A stretch of DNA of 64,000 nt from Fibrobacteria bacterium (lineage in GTDB: Bacteria > Fibrobacterota > Fibrobacteria > UBA11236), in NCBI GenBank assembly GCA_043745805.1, contig JAYTSD010000028.1, forward strand, positions 1 through 64,000, read 5' to 3'. The translations under genes were made by a program, and so were the position numbers. Below are positions 31,801 to 38,809 of this stretch, in pieces (position 1 is the stretch's first letter; every line of letters begins with the position of its first letter). The notes beneath the pieces are model-generated. The model had not been told where the DNA came from. It saw only the letters and a list, made by a program, of their open reading frames with translations, and searched no databases.

Positions 31801-34360
31801 AGTAACCTTAAAAGGAATTTTGCCTACAGCTCTCAATCTATATATTGATGATGATTCTGTTTTCACGGAGGACAATGATGTTACCCCTCCGCAAAGCTTG
31901 ACCACTGCATGGACAAAAAATTCAGCAGGAGATTATGTAACCAACATTACAGTGCCAGGAAAGAGAGTATTTTGGATTCAGGCAGTTCCCAATGCGGTTA
32001 ATTCACATGTATCAACTTTCAAAATCGAAAGAATGGATGGATTTACTTTCACCAATATTTCGGATGAAAAAGTTTATTTAGGAACACTTGGCGGTAATAG
32101 TGCTTATATGAGCTTTGCATCTAATCGGGAAGGAAGCTTGGAGATATTCATCTATCAAGGTGAACAACTTATGGCTCGATTAGATAGGCCTTTGGTGTCT
32201 GGATATAATTACACTGAAATCAAAGCAATGGTGGGTTCTACACTTCTGCCTTTAGGTACTTTTAGGACGGCAATTCGGGCTCAAAGTTTTGATGGAAGTC
32301 AAATTTCCATCGATGGACCACAACTTATTGTTGATGGCGCAGCACCCGAAGCTTTATTGAGCGCATCATTGATGGGTACACCGGAAAATCTAACAGCGCA
32401 AATAAAAGGTCTAATGCGTGATTATGGCGGATTGGATTATGGCGAATTACAAGTACGCTTAGGTGCGGATATTTTGGATTGGCAATACTTTTTTGATAAA
32501 ACATTTGAACTGAATTCTGCAATCCCCCTAGCAAGTCTTCAAGCACATTGTGGTAGTCCATTGCAGATAACACTTTCTGTACATGATTTTGCCGGAAATA
32601 TCACTAAGAAAATAGTGACCCTCGATTTAACGGATATGACAAAGTCTTATTGCTCTAATTATCTGGCGGTAACCCCTATTTTGGAGAAAACAGTCAGGAA
32701 TTGCGATGGAACCTTTACCGCTTATTTCGCATATAATAATCCTAATCCCTCTTACACGGAAATACCCGTTGGTGATCGAAATTACTTCCTTTATCAAGGG
32801 AATAGCCAAGTAGAGTTAGGTCAGGGTACGGTGTACTTAGCAGGAGCGCATAGCGGAAACTTCTCGGTTACCTTTGATGGCGGAGATTTAATTTGGCATC
32901 TTGATGGCAATACCGTTACGGCTTCAGGACGTAATTTGAATCAATCCTGCAATCTCAAAGATATTGCCCCCATTTTGGAAAAGGTTACTCGTGATTGTAG
33001 TGGTATCTATCATGCCATATTCGGTTATGATAATTGCAATAGGTCCGTGATCACTTTAGCACCTGGCTTGGATAATGGATTTAAATATAATGGTCAAACA
33101 AACGCTGATTTGGGCCAAATCACTCGTTTCTTACCCGGCCATCATTCTGCGGCTTTTTCTATAGCCTTTGATGGTACAGATTTGATATGGACATTAATGG
33201 GGAAAACCTCAAAAGCCAATAAATCAAGGGCTGTCGAACAATGCTCAGCATTGCCTATTCGGCCTTTCCTTGTAAAAGTGGAAAAGAATTGTAAGGGTGA
33301 TTATCTAGCAACCTTTGGATATTCGAATCCAAATGCTATGGCTATATCCATACCTGCAGGAAACAAGAATGGCATTAATTATAATGGACATTGCAATGCC
33401 AATCTTGGACAGCCAATAGTTTTTCAACCCGGTCGTATTGATAGTGCCTTTACGGTAACATTTAATGGCGGTGATTTGGTATGGGAAGTAGACTGCCGTG
33501 GTGCAACGGCTGCTATTCGTAACGCTTATGAATCTTGTCCGACTAGACAAAATGTGCAACCTATAATCACTCGCGTGGACATTGTTCAAGCCGGTGTTTT
33601 TCGAGCTTGGTTTGGCTATAATAATCCAGGCCAATTGAAGGAACAGTTCAACAAAGGCACCTTAAATCAATTCACCTATCGTGGGGAAACGGTGATGGAT
33701 TTTGGCCAACCAGAATCTTTCGATCCGGGATTAAAGACAGCCGTATTCTCAATAGACTATGATGGCTCACCATTAACATGGAATCTACATGGAAAATCAA
33801 TAACCGCGACAATACCCGCTATTAATGGAACGGATTTAGGAAATCCTACAAGCAAGGGTTCCTATAGTTTTATCGGTGATACATTGAAACTCATAGGTGC
33901 TGGAACCGGATTTAAAGGGAGCTCCGATCAGGGATATTATGCCAATATTCCCTTTCACGGTGATGGTGAAGTATCCTTTCGTTTGGGAACTGTAACTGGA
34001 TCAACAACTGCAGATATAGGTATAATGTTAAGAGAAAATCTTACGGCTTCTGGAAAGGCATTATATTTAGGCGTGAATGCAGCTGGAAAGGCTTTTTTAT
34101 ATGCTCGTTCAGCAGCTTCAACCTCACCAAAGGTGACTCAAGGAACGCTTCCTGCACTTGGGGGGAAATGGTTAAAGTTGCGCAAGAGTGGAACAACTTT
34201 TACAGCTTATGAATCTGTTGATGGGGATGAATGGAAATTGGTAGGTAGCGCAACAGTTACCTTGCCTGTGGATTTCATAGCCGGTTTTGCTATCAGTTCG
34301 GGATCCACTACCACTTTGGCCACAGGAAAAGTTTCTAGCTTGACATTAACTACCAAGTAA
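22889..34360 (+). CDS. Giant secreted multidomain protein (~3,820 aa): N-terminal lipase-type alpha/beta-hydrolase, Ig/FlgD-like domains, ZU5-like domain, 4 repeats, C-terminal ConA-like/DUF1349-like domain
   Basis: Signal peptide MKRIFILCITLAFGWTHA; 'IIAHSMGG' nucleophile elbow and 'LITLDTPHEGS'; 'DNVPP', 'DLTPP', 'DRKAP' Ig linkers; 'WDGKN...GLYTV'; four P(I/F)(L/I)...AxF(G/A)Y..N repeats; C-terminal 'GDGEV...GIMLRE...WLKLRKSG...SVDG'. Confidence 0.85.
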   Translation: MKRIFILCITLAFGWTHAWKPQEPIGKVLIIMAAGINPNTGDLYKSTPASRKNHKGDLPCSDESGHAHIFRSYGVTSFLEKNVARSINELHAQAFPDASGSPIEEVPWLASRTFSLDRECDGDRTTFVAKDGKVIWGVEASTGVHNYTVKSFFEQAVIRWYEGELLKFQSNDKSGDPDVFKWIGDFKIAKGIYPSLTDMRAGSRELVPSRYIIIAHSMGGNTTREYVHSPIYAGDVDKLITLDTPHEGSYLVDINKEIVDHDALAIKIVSQDIAQFALGGLILYLSNNKVGDDIGWGIIISTALTSLIEPIAKVTFANTLCMGYGYSNGANSYLSPSNPDQTIQKLNNDVTVGNGFRHPAYRIFHNEGLVSPGNPSLLIGNAEGPFGLLYPKAFEGLLATTFHSGVQDYVRTPNEQKFSNAILAGLMGGAAQLNFSNQGTIAVNASSSKGNAVKAFQLPDADLKRYLFSLDGSAIVPGSFEELPGALPSLLFKGWIESVLANAALNSLSVPQPWVKWLKWPASMAMAYVLESKAGKGQRETIGKNDQVTAANAKSWTDFLSLDFLKDFSPMPTTHDYSTVHSTDKLETRSIKDPLGNTISNDVSFLEDALWEKPYANMSSVASSDNISLNLGIVAGGKSIYQVKQSDIVSPNNEIDFTKFNWQERIGVKSDEWGKAPGSTIDVRHPKTYFLPPSPLVTTMPDEFQFVVDDLRPDLMPLFSIDFNYGKFVLTWKLNSTTGKYDVIRQAFGEAGPTTILTGVASPIDFKGNWKVSLLADKILAQGRPLASVYNDGQNTISLFMFNKAGMSNTQRFFITFQATPPLITMNWPLPDVVISGTKPLIEASVNLQAYANLFANKDKTFFRIYPRSTSAGPIDGGAGVAQIPFDNVATADWGKNVFILKHKWTTGSISLTGPLWLEIQLATQQVDPITHLVTSQGATEIRRIPFSIDNVPPVLSISPSNRTWNLVSNSSLRFDYSFQDPPLQVMTTSRWRIFDAANIKVFESQPLPRYSGQTSSFFWDGKNTSGISKEGLYTVTYEGFDQTVTDKTTYAQAQNLQTLATGPVNAAFETAWNGLNTKVGFNLGKAQSQVYLDLTPPSFVMDNFTALVSSANRQIIHFRIADASSILPSAQSKVTWTFTRKYLGGTEVIPVEMLPIITTSSLGNASVLTLEESLDEGGWKLNDGSYDLSVTVTDEAGNINEDKTRLWSFRVDRKAPVIDGLKTNELTFQSKSMSSNPQVLFDITEPDEDLANQETNPSAFLTRMKVTLVSPIAGAPILALIPSYSAETKFSTPLPKDLLATGKGVWTAKVEVSDAIGNKSATSHQFWVDLRPSEISYPKTSDATPTAVVEASQTVIRGLALNPALSGKLEYYELVWRPLGQTTWKTTGITVPESRRGSAGIANRSYLEQSIDGVLGYWNLSALATGSYQLGLKTHQKEENIDGLVIKEILYTPSTVLPDFTVSLKGLPASGTSFSAGSPMDLSLSIAPKGVWPVSKGDGVSAERHFRADIFLADALGQPMAEFPTQSLKASYFSGVPVNKTAAGVYLWHDGDGTWNLQTKNIADNLQFSIGYNSLEPMSFDCVAPMSCEENTIMERTMNLPQEKSVIVNRNLTILVNKGSNGLMTFKLPSRAIFSVMKLLPTDAPDGTTNLYPASTFYLGQDAKTTFSNGIAGMVVPPFALDPMPSSYNFSWNGFLQTNGFPAPGKATVKIEVVDEETGLTREAAGTILIGQTPLKLEVPTSSPTTLLFEPGSDLSRITFNYGITGQAGLITAGIKDASGKVIHLFFQDQPRQPSSNKLAYSETWNGICNQGDMNGLSVKADQTLTFFVEAKGLPTATVTLAFPVQSVNWQKGGSGYDFKVDGGTIIGDKTYIKAQPLYRLMAEAKGDYADATVVNYNVNYSGEQQGIQYESERYNLWIQRKRNTFKATVFVWFRSSEAYFRDTPWYLTCDKSSVPDFTDRFDKFEVTLNKGEEIDLNMIYGSKGKDFVFRCLGDNCQEDLLRTVSIAVLPGSIDELIPSGSYANKVAQWDRLETKALYKINNIQLFNNKIYQNGPTPNVDDPRGWTLGAGSVAYQPGDWFRNTVKVDPANPYKVEDHCKFKVDPTSHEGTPLVDDKNDGVFSSKSDKCEDNTQYDPEDNLLNYSFDFGKDNGSWPYDNKDPTTCTPDHNHIKVGFILKLKVPNEYWDAPFGYNNQANKSMRWDPKNTYLFGQGTGIFSKDGWNNRQNKKGDDPEDYFGFINPFEQASFNLLPYSKTPFLGANGIISGIPYFAIHPLSFGDEEYSQSMPNSRLEIGFNGKPNGNSSQFDLQIGRSECKGLAIECKENNSVNVLSLNSKLNQWDNGRVTLKDFQFGYSELANSTFLGSIAGALFGSASSAIVTNHSYNWFFRLTLRASLNESAAKTKSMLWPNVGALPTPVKNVLIEPYCQKLYSSVSNLHYGVGDGITNSGSYTTLLNLGGPYVRADGFFKNPSDPDFINPENEPVELSKINNASLNSGNVPLTLNPTTKILEFRDYVHFIKPTGSVSYSNIQAGVEFGKNVTVATAIPSLAPLRTEQENGNNVVVFSGGKTIPWSGKDDENMANRDLDGDGVKGEEPLNFADDDVDNFVDEDVPGALSSLLSFTPGLITENINFKQKLYEPSLTVRGKGAHALIQYSSATPSIPSINPLVSGVNLAFSVRYPDGTARDDISASIPTGNFNPMLGTINIKHNNFNWTKSKEFVALKGTVPGHYDLEYVDKDGRIQLFGSSMKKVTTERILGYLPIEKLQGRTSLFLINYLDNGKVEYRQLDVEVGTPVLPTAVTDVSSEFGEANVHFEAGVLTQTQAVTVRVTNVADAGLALRNNLSAVGPVIEVLPHQVFDPTKPLPQIFMRIPFFVLAGRDPSSIRLFKPDGDNLVELSNQQYAFYINDGTQVCVGNASGICSTFDIMQISASTPSFSHFVALEKFATQTQPFTLSVTPDRSMDPVRQVTLKGILPTALNLYIDDDSVFTEDNDVTPPQSLTTAWTKNSAGDYVTNITVPGKRVFWIQAVPNAVNSHVSTFKIERMDGFTFTNISDEKVYLGTLGGNSAYMSFASNREGSLEIFIYQGEQLMARLDRPLVSGYNYTEIKAMVGSTLLPLGTFRTAIRAQSFDGSQISIDGPQLIVDGAAPEALLSASLMGTPENLTAQIKGLMRDYGGLDYGELQVRLGADILDWQYFFDKTFELNSAIPLASLQAHCGSPLQITLSVHDFAGNITKKIVTLDLTDMTKSYCSNYLAVTPILEKTVRNCDGTFTAYFAYNNPNPSYTEIPVGDRNYFLYQGNSQVELGQGTVYLAGAHSGNFSVTFDGGDLIWHLDGNTVTASGRNLNQSCNLKDIAPILEKVTRDCSGIYHAIFGYDNCNRSVITLAPGLDNGFKYNGQTNADLGQITRFLPGHHSAAFSIAFDGTDLIWTLMGKTSKANKSRAVEQCSALPIRPFLVKVEKNCKGDYLATFGYSNPNAMAISIPAGNKNGINYNGHCNANLGQPIVFQPGRIDSAFTVTFNGGDLVWEVDCRGATAAIRNAYESCPTRQNVQPIITRVDIVQAGVFRAWFGYNNPGQLKEQFNKGTLNQFTYRGETVMDFGQPESFDPGLKTAVFSIDYDGSPLTWNLHGKSITATIPAINGTDLGNPTSKGSYSFIGDTLKLIGAGTGFKGSSDQGYYANIPFHGDGEVSFRLGTVTGSTTADIGIMLRENLTASGKALYLGVNAAGKAFLYARSAASTSPKVTQGTLPALGGKWLKLRKSGTTFTAYESVDGDEWKLVGSATVTLPVDFIAGFAISSGSTTTLATGKVSSLTLTTK

Positions 34361-34369
34361 GGAGTTGAG

Positions 34370-34822
34370 ATGGTCGGTTTGTTTAGAGGTATGGTTCTGT
34401 GTTCTGTAATAGCAACTCTTTTTGGATGCGGTAAAGAAACTGAACCAGAACCCTTACCCCCCTTAGTAGTCTCCGAGCTAAAAGCGTGTTGGTATATCGT
34501 TGAAAGTAAATCTGGTTGTGTTGAGATGTGCTTCGGGGGGGGGGGCACTTATTATACCCGTTCAAATAATGCTTCATCTAAAGGTGGTGAAGGACTAGGA
34601 AAGTTCAAAGTAACGGGAAATTTAGTACAAATTCGATTCCAATCTAGGTCACTCGTGAATTCGTATATTGACTCTGTGTTTATCCAATGGAACTTTTTTA
34701 TTCAAAGCGATTCGCTTAAAGATTCTAACGGGGATAATATGTACATGCGTTCAGATTCCACCCACAATTGCGGCCCGCACTGGCTGATATTTTCAAAGCC
34801 TGCTGATTGGGATAGTGTTTAA
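34370..34822 (+). CDS. Lipoprotein (candidate immunity or accessory protein)
   Basis: Lipobox LFG-C at aa ~17-20; AAGGAG RBS; 9 bp after the giant gene; contains a G11 tract. Confidence 0.75.
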   Translation: MVGLFRGMVLCSVIATLFGCGKETEPEPLPPLVVSELKACWYIVESKSGCVEMCFGGGGTYYTRSNNASSKGGEGLGKFKVTGNLVQIRFQSRSLVNSYIDSVFIQWNFFIQSDSLKDSNGDNMYMRSDSTHNCGPHWLIFSKPADWDSV

Positions 34823-34848
34823 GTCTTCATAAAAACAAAAGGGAAATA

Positions 34849-35577
34849 GTGCAAACATTTTTACTTCTTACATTGTTCTTTGGAATTCCATTTAACCCCT
34901 TTATTTTGCAAAATAAACAAACACCCTCAATGATTATTCAAGAATATGCCGGAGTCCAATGGGAGACGACTTTTGATTGGATAAATGATACTGTTATGAT
35001 TAAAAAATACAGTCGGCCAGCAAAAAATATAACTATAAGCGTTACCTATATAATGAACAAAAAAGGTTATGTCCAAAGATTAGAAGGGGTGAATTCAACT
35101 ATTCAAACAATATCTTATGCGTATGATAGCAGTAATAATTTGTCATCGGTTCAAAAGGACGAGTTTGTTTTTTATAAAAACTCAGAAATTGATTCTGTTC
35201 GCCAAAACATCGGGCAAGATTTGGAAATGTTTAAGATTAGACGTGCAAATGACATGATTCAATCCATAGTTAAATACACTAAAAATTTTGCGACCACAGA
35301 TACATATAAAGATTCGATTTCATATACTTATCAATCCGACAAATATATTTTTGCAAAAAATGAAAGTTCTAAAAAAATTGATACTGCCTTTTTTGAAAAT
35401 GGATTGCTTGTGAAATTGTCCTTCCCAAATGATTTTGACGGTGGTTCCATTTATACTTTTACTTACCCTAAAAGCGTAAATATATTGTCTAAGGAATATC
35501 ATAAAAAAAATAAAAGGATCTCATTACAATCGATTATTAAATCAATTCAAGGGCGCAATCCGATCATGCTTGATTGA
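34849..35577 (+). CDS. Secreted beta-hairpin-rich protein with basic C-terminal tail
   Basis: Hydrophobic N-terminus; 'YAYDSSNNL', 'YTYQ', 'YTFTY' YD-like strands; tail 'HKKNKRISL..IQGR'. Confidence 0.6.
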   Translation: MQTFLLLTLFFGIPFNPFILQNKQTPSMIIQEYAGVQWETTFDWINDTVMIKKYSRPAKNITISVTYIMNKKGYVQRLEGVNSTIQTISYAYDSSNNLSSVQKDEFVFYKNSEIDSVRQNIGQDLEMFKIRRANDMIQSIVKYTKNFATTDTYKDSISYTYQSDKYIFAKNESSKKIDTAFFENGLLVKLSFPNDFDGGSIYTFTYPKSVNILSKEYHKKNKRISLQSIIKSIQGRNPIMLD

Positions 35578-35888
35578 GTGAAGTGCTGTGACCTACATTC
35601 CGACACCCTCCTGACCACTTTTTGGGTTAAGCCCATACATCCCACTGTAATCCCCACATTTGTGGCTGTTGATTTAAGCAGAGGTTAATGGGTCATCAAC
35701 ATTTTTCCGGGTAGTTCTCGTATTGATTTTGGATGCATTTTTCAATTCGAAAAAACAAGACAGGTCAAAAATCAAACCGTAATTCTTTTTTAACTCGAAT
35801 TAATCTTGTATTTAATCATTATTTAACTCAAAAACCCAAACTCAATAAATAATTCTTAAAAAATACAGCAACCGAAGTGGTTTTGCTT

Positions 35889-35914
35889 TAATTAAAATAG
35901 TATTTAAATACTAT
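35889..35914 (+). promoter_or_regulatory. ICE operator-like motif, copy 3 (second tra operon)
   Basis: TAATTAAAATAGTATTTAAATACTAT, 17 bp upstream of the ATG at 35932. Confidence 0.7.
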
Positions 35915-35931
35915 TAATATAAAGTGAAATT

Positions 35932-36870
35932 ATGTTTTACCTCGGCTCGACACTCAATCACCAATCTCACAAAAAAGCAATAATCATTTCAGCATTTTTA
36001 ATTGGAAGCATCCTAGCTATGCCAGTAATAGCTGATCCAGGAGTAAATGGTTCATTCAGCTTAAACGAAACAGTGAACACAAAAAAATCCATTCGTAAAA
36101 TATGGAGCAACTTCTTAGCAGGCTATCAACAAGCCCGTAATGCTGCACAGTCCATGGTTCGCCAGATGCAGCTCACAGCGAGCTTGGCTAATTCCATGGA
36201 GCAAAATCTAATAGCCTGGGAAAGCGTCGCAAAACGCACGGAAGCACTTTTACATGCTGATATCTGGGATGAAAATCCAATCACAGAAATAGAAAAACTA
36301 GAAGAGAATCTTTTTCAAAAATCCGATGACTTGCTTTATAACCGAATTCCCAATGCCCGCCAAAGTTCTAAGAACTTAAATAAAGTCCGTCGTGATTGGG
36401 TTAATGGTCTTGGTTGGGGAGATGACCCTGTGCCTGGTACAGTAGATAAATCACTTCGTGAAGCACTTGGTTTCATAGCATTAAGCCCAGGGCAAAGACC
36501 ACAGCAATCAAGAGATAAAACCACTTTCGATATTCGTAATGGTGCAATAGCCAAATCAGGAGCAAGACAAGATCAAATGGTTTATATGGCAGACAATACC
36601 GATGCGCATTTATCCGCATTAGGTACTTCGCTCGCCAAATTAGAAACTTCCGATCAAAAAACCATCTCTGATATGAATGTGCAACTTTCCGAAAATGATT
36701 TTGTGCAAGGACAAATGGAGGTGAGGCAGAATATGGATAAACTTGAACTCTATACGCATATCCTCTTAACAAAAGCTTCTGATTATAACCGTATGGGTCT
36801 TGCCGCTTATGCAACTCTTCAACCCCTTTTGCTTTTATCTGATGAATTAGAAAGACAGAGGGGCAGATGA
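35932..36870 (+). CDS. Secreted helical T4SS-associated protein (paralogue of 47167-48114)
   Basis: Signal peptide; 'YQQARN...QNLIAWESVAKR...LFQKSDDLL' aligns with the 315-aa protein. Confidence 0.65.
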   Translation: MFYLGSTLNHQSHKKAIIISAFLIGSILAMPVIADPGVNGSFSLNETVNTKKSIRKIWSNFLAGYQQARNAAQSMVRQMQLTASLANSMEQNLIAWESVAKRTEALLHADIWDENPITEIEKLEENLFQKSDDLLYNRIPNARQSSKNLNKVRRDWVNGLGWGDDPVPGTVDKSLREALGFIALSPGQRPQQSRDKTTFDIRNGAIAKSGARQDQMVYMADNTDAHLSALGTSLAKLETSDQKTISDMNVQLSENDFVQGQMEVRQNMDKLELYTHILLTKASDYNRMGLAAYATLQPLLLLSDELERQRGR

Positions 36871-37946
36871 AAAAGTTATTGCATGTCACTCTTTCATTTT
36901 TAAAAAAGTTTTCAATAATCATTCTCTTAAATTACGGATTTGGATTTTCAGAAACCGATCAAACCACTGCGCCCCTTGGTCAATTTTTCGATCCTGACAA
37001 TGCGGAAAATATCAATAAAGTTCAATCAGGAGCGCAAACGGCTAAGGATGCAAAAAAGGGGAAAGACCTTGTGAGCCAAGGGAAATATAAAGACTTAGCT
37101 GCGGATTTATTTCTGAAATACCAGAACTCAAAAGTGGGGCTGATGACGCTTATCCGCAAAGTTCAACAAAAGACTTCGGATGTCATTCAAAAGGCTTCGG
37201 AGCGCGTAGATAAATGGCGTACAACTGTTCCAAAAATAAAATCATATACACAGAAAACCATTCGCTATACGGATGACACCTATAATTTCGCCAAGACTTT
37301 TGAAATGTCCGACCTATGGGATATAGACAGAAACTTTTCCAAAGAAATGGAATGGAGACTCAAGCAAGGCCGTCGACTGGGGCTTTCCATTTGGGATTTT
37401 CTGATTTCACGTATTCAAAGAGATGATTTTTTAAAAGGTATAGAGAAAATCCTTTATCCAGATTATACGGTTGAGTTAAACAAATCCGCATTACATGGTT
37501 TTCAATACGATGATAAACCTTCGGAAAGTGAAAAGGTTCCCATTTTCATTATCCATGAATGCCTTGATGTTTTAAACACTGTACAGCAAATGGCAGAAGC
37601 CGAACTTTCTCCTTCTGAATTATCACCGACTCTCACTAAAGAACAATTTGATACCCATCGTATTCGCGAAGCGCTATTCGATCCAAAATCAGGTTACACC
37701 GACCAGGTGGCACTTCGGCAAGACATACTCAATAAGCAATATGAGCTTTCAACACGCTTATCCATTGTTCAAGATAAAATTGCACGCTTAGAAATTCTTT
37801 GGGGAAAACTGGCAGTGCAAAGACTTGAATCTAAAGAGAGAAATACCTCAGCCATTGCAGGAGAAATAAACAAACTCACCGGAGTGGAATTAAACCCCGA
37901 TGCCTGGTTACTTGAAAAATTTGGATTAAAGGACCAAACACCATGA
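36867..37946 (+). CDS. Secreted helical T4SS-associated protein
   Basis: Signal-like N-terminus, coiled-coil character, overlapping start/stop codons in the operon. Confidence 0.6.
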   Translation: MKKLLHVTLSFLKKFSIIILLNYGFGFSETDQTTAPLGQFFDPDNAENINKVQSGAQTAKDAKKGKDLVSQGKYKDLAADLFLKYQNSKVGLMTLIRKVQQKTSDVIQKASERVDKWRTTVPKIKSYTQKTIRYTDDTYNFAKTFEMSDLWDIDRNFSKEMEWRLKQGRRLGLSIWDFLISRIQRDDFLKGIEKILYPDYTVELNKSALHGFQYDDKPSESEKVPIFIIHECLDVLNTVQQMAEAELSPSELSPTLTKEQFDTHRIREALFDPKSGYTDQVALRQDILNKQYELSTRLSIVQDKIARLEILWGKLAVQRLESKERNTSAIAGEINKLTGVELNPDAWLLEKFGLKDQTP

Positions 37947-38809
37947 CACCTCTCGAAGCTGTAAATGAATTAGCTGCAATGAGTATAAAAGGAAGCTTTT
38001 GGAATCCCTATCGCTTCCTCAATGAAAATGTTTTTCTCTTTAATGATTTCTTAAATAAAATTATTCCGCTCACTGCGGGTCTACTCATTTTCTTTTTTGT
38101 TTTGGAAATGCTTCGGCATCAGAAAGCTTTCTTAGAGGGAGGAAGCACTTCTTCTTTGAATGGGTATTTCTTTTGGTCTGCGGTACTCGCTACATTTTTA
38201 ACAGCCCCTACACTTTATTTTTATGGTGTTCGCCTCGTCATAGAATTAGCGGCTTCTATTGCATCAGCTATTCATAATGCCGATGTAGATGCAATGGATA
38301 TGGATATTCAAAACCTCATGAAAGCGGTTTTGTTATCCACTGAAAATCCTATTTCACTCTTCACAGCATTTTTAGAACTACTTACACCGGTGGGATTTTT
38401 AACAGTCGTGGCCTATTACTTGGTGATAGCGGTGCTTTATCTGTTACCCTATGTTCAAGCCATGTTCATCGCTGTCTTTGTGATGCTAGGTCCCATTTTG
38501 CTTCCCTTTGCATTATGGTCTCCAACACGTAGTGTTGCTAAAAAATGGTTTTTGTCGCTACTTAGCGCGGCTTTTATTTCCGTATTTGGCATGATTGCTT
38601 ATACGGCAATTTCTGTCTCAGGTTTATTATCCAATATGGCAATGGCGGGGGAGAAACATATCCCATCGTTGGTTTACAGCTTTACCACTTTGGCATTTCT
38701 CTTAACCATTGTATGGTCATCCTATCGTTTATTCGGAGCGCTTACAATATCGGTTAATCATGGCTTTGGATATGTTATGCGTCCTTTAAGAAAATTCGGA
38801 GTTTTCTAA
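37943..38809 (+). CDS. VirB6/TrbL-like polytopic membrane protein, copy 1
   Basis: Multiple TMs; 'MLGPILLPFALWSPTRSVAKKWF' VirB6-type motif. Confidence 0.75.
   Translation: MTPLEAVNELAAMSIKGSFWNPYRFLNENVFLFNDFLNKIIPLTAGLLIFFFVLEMLRHQKAFLEGGSTSSLNGYFFWSAVLATFLTAPTLYFYGVRLVIELAASIASAIHNADVDAMDMDIQNLMKAVLLSTENPISLFTAFLELLTPVGFLTVVAYYLVIAVLYLLPYVQAMFIAVFVMLGPILLPFALWSPTRSVAKKWFLSLLSAAFISVFGMIAYTAISVSGLLSNMAMAGEKHIPSLVYSFTTLAFLLTIVWSSYRLFGALTISVNHGFGYVMRPLRKFGVF

Noticed and set aside
24616-33634. Numerous 60-125 aa antisense or alternate-frame ORFs within long genes
   Set aside because: Shadow ORFs of real coding sequences with no independent evidence
22889-34360. Giant protein as an RHS/YD or CdiA toxin
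   Set aside because: No YD-repeat core, no PxxxxDPxG motif, no haemagglutinin repeats or TpsB partner; the enzyme domain is N-terminal
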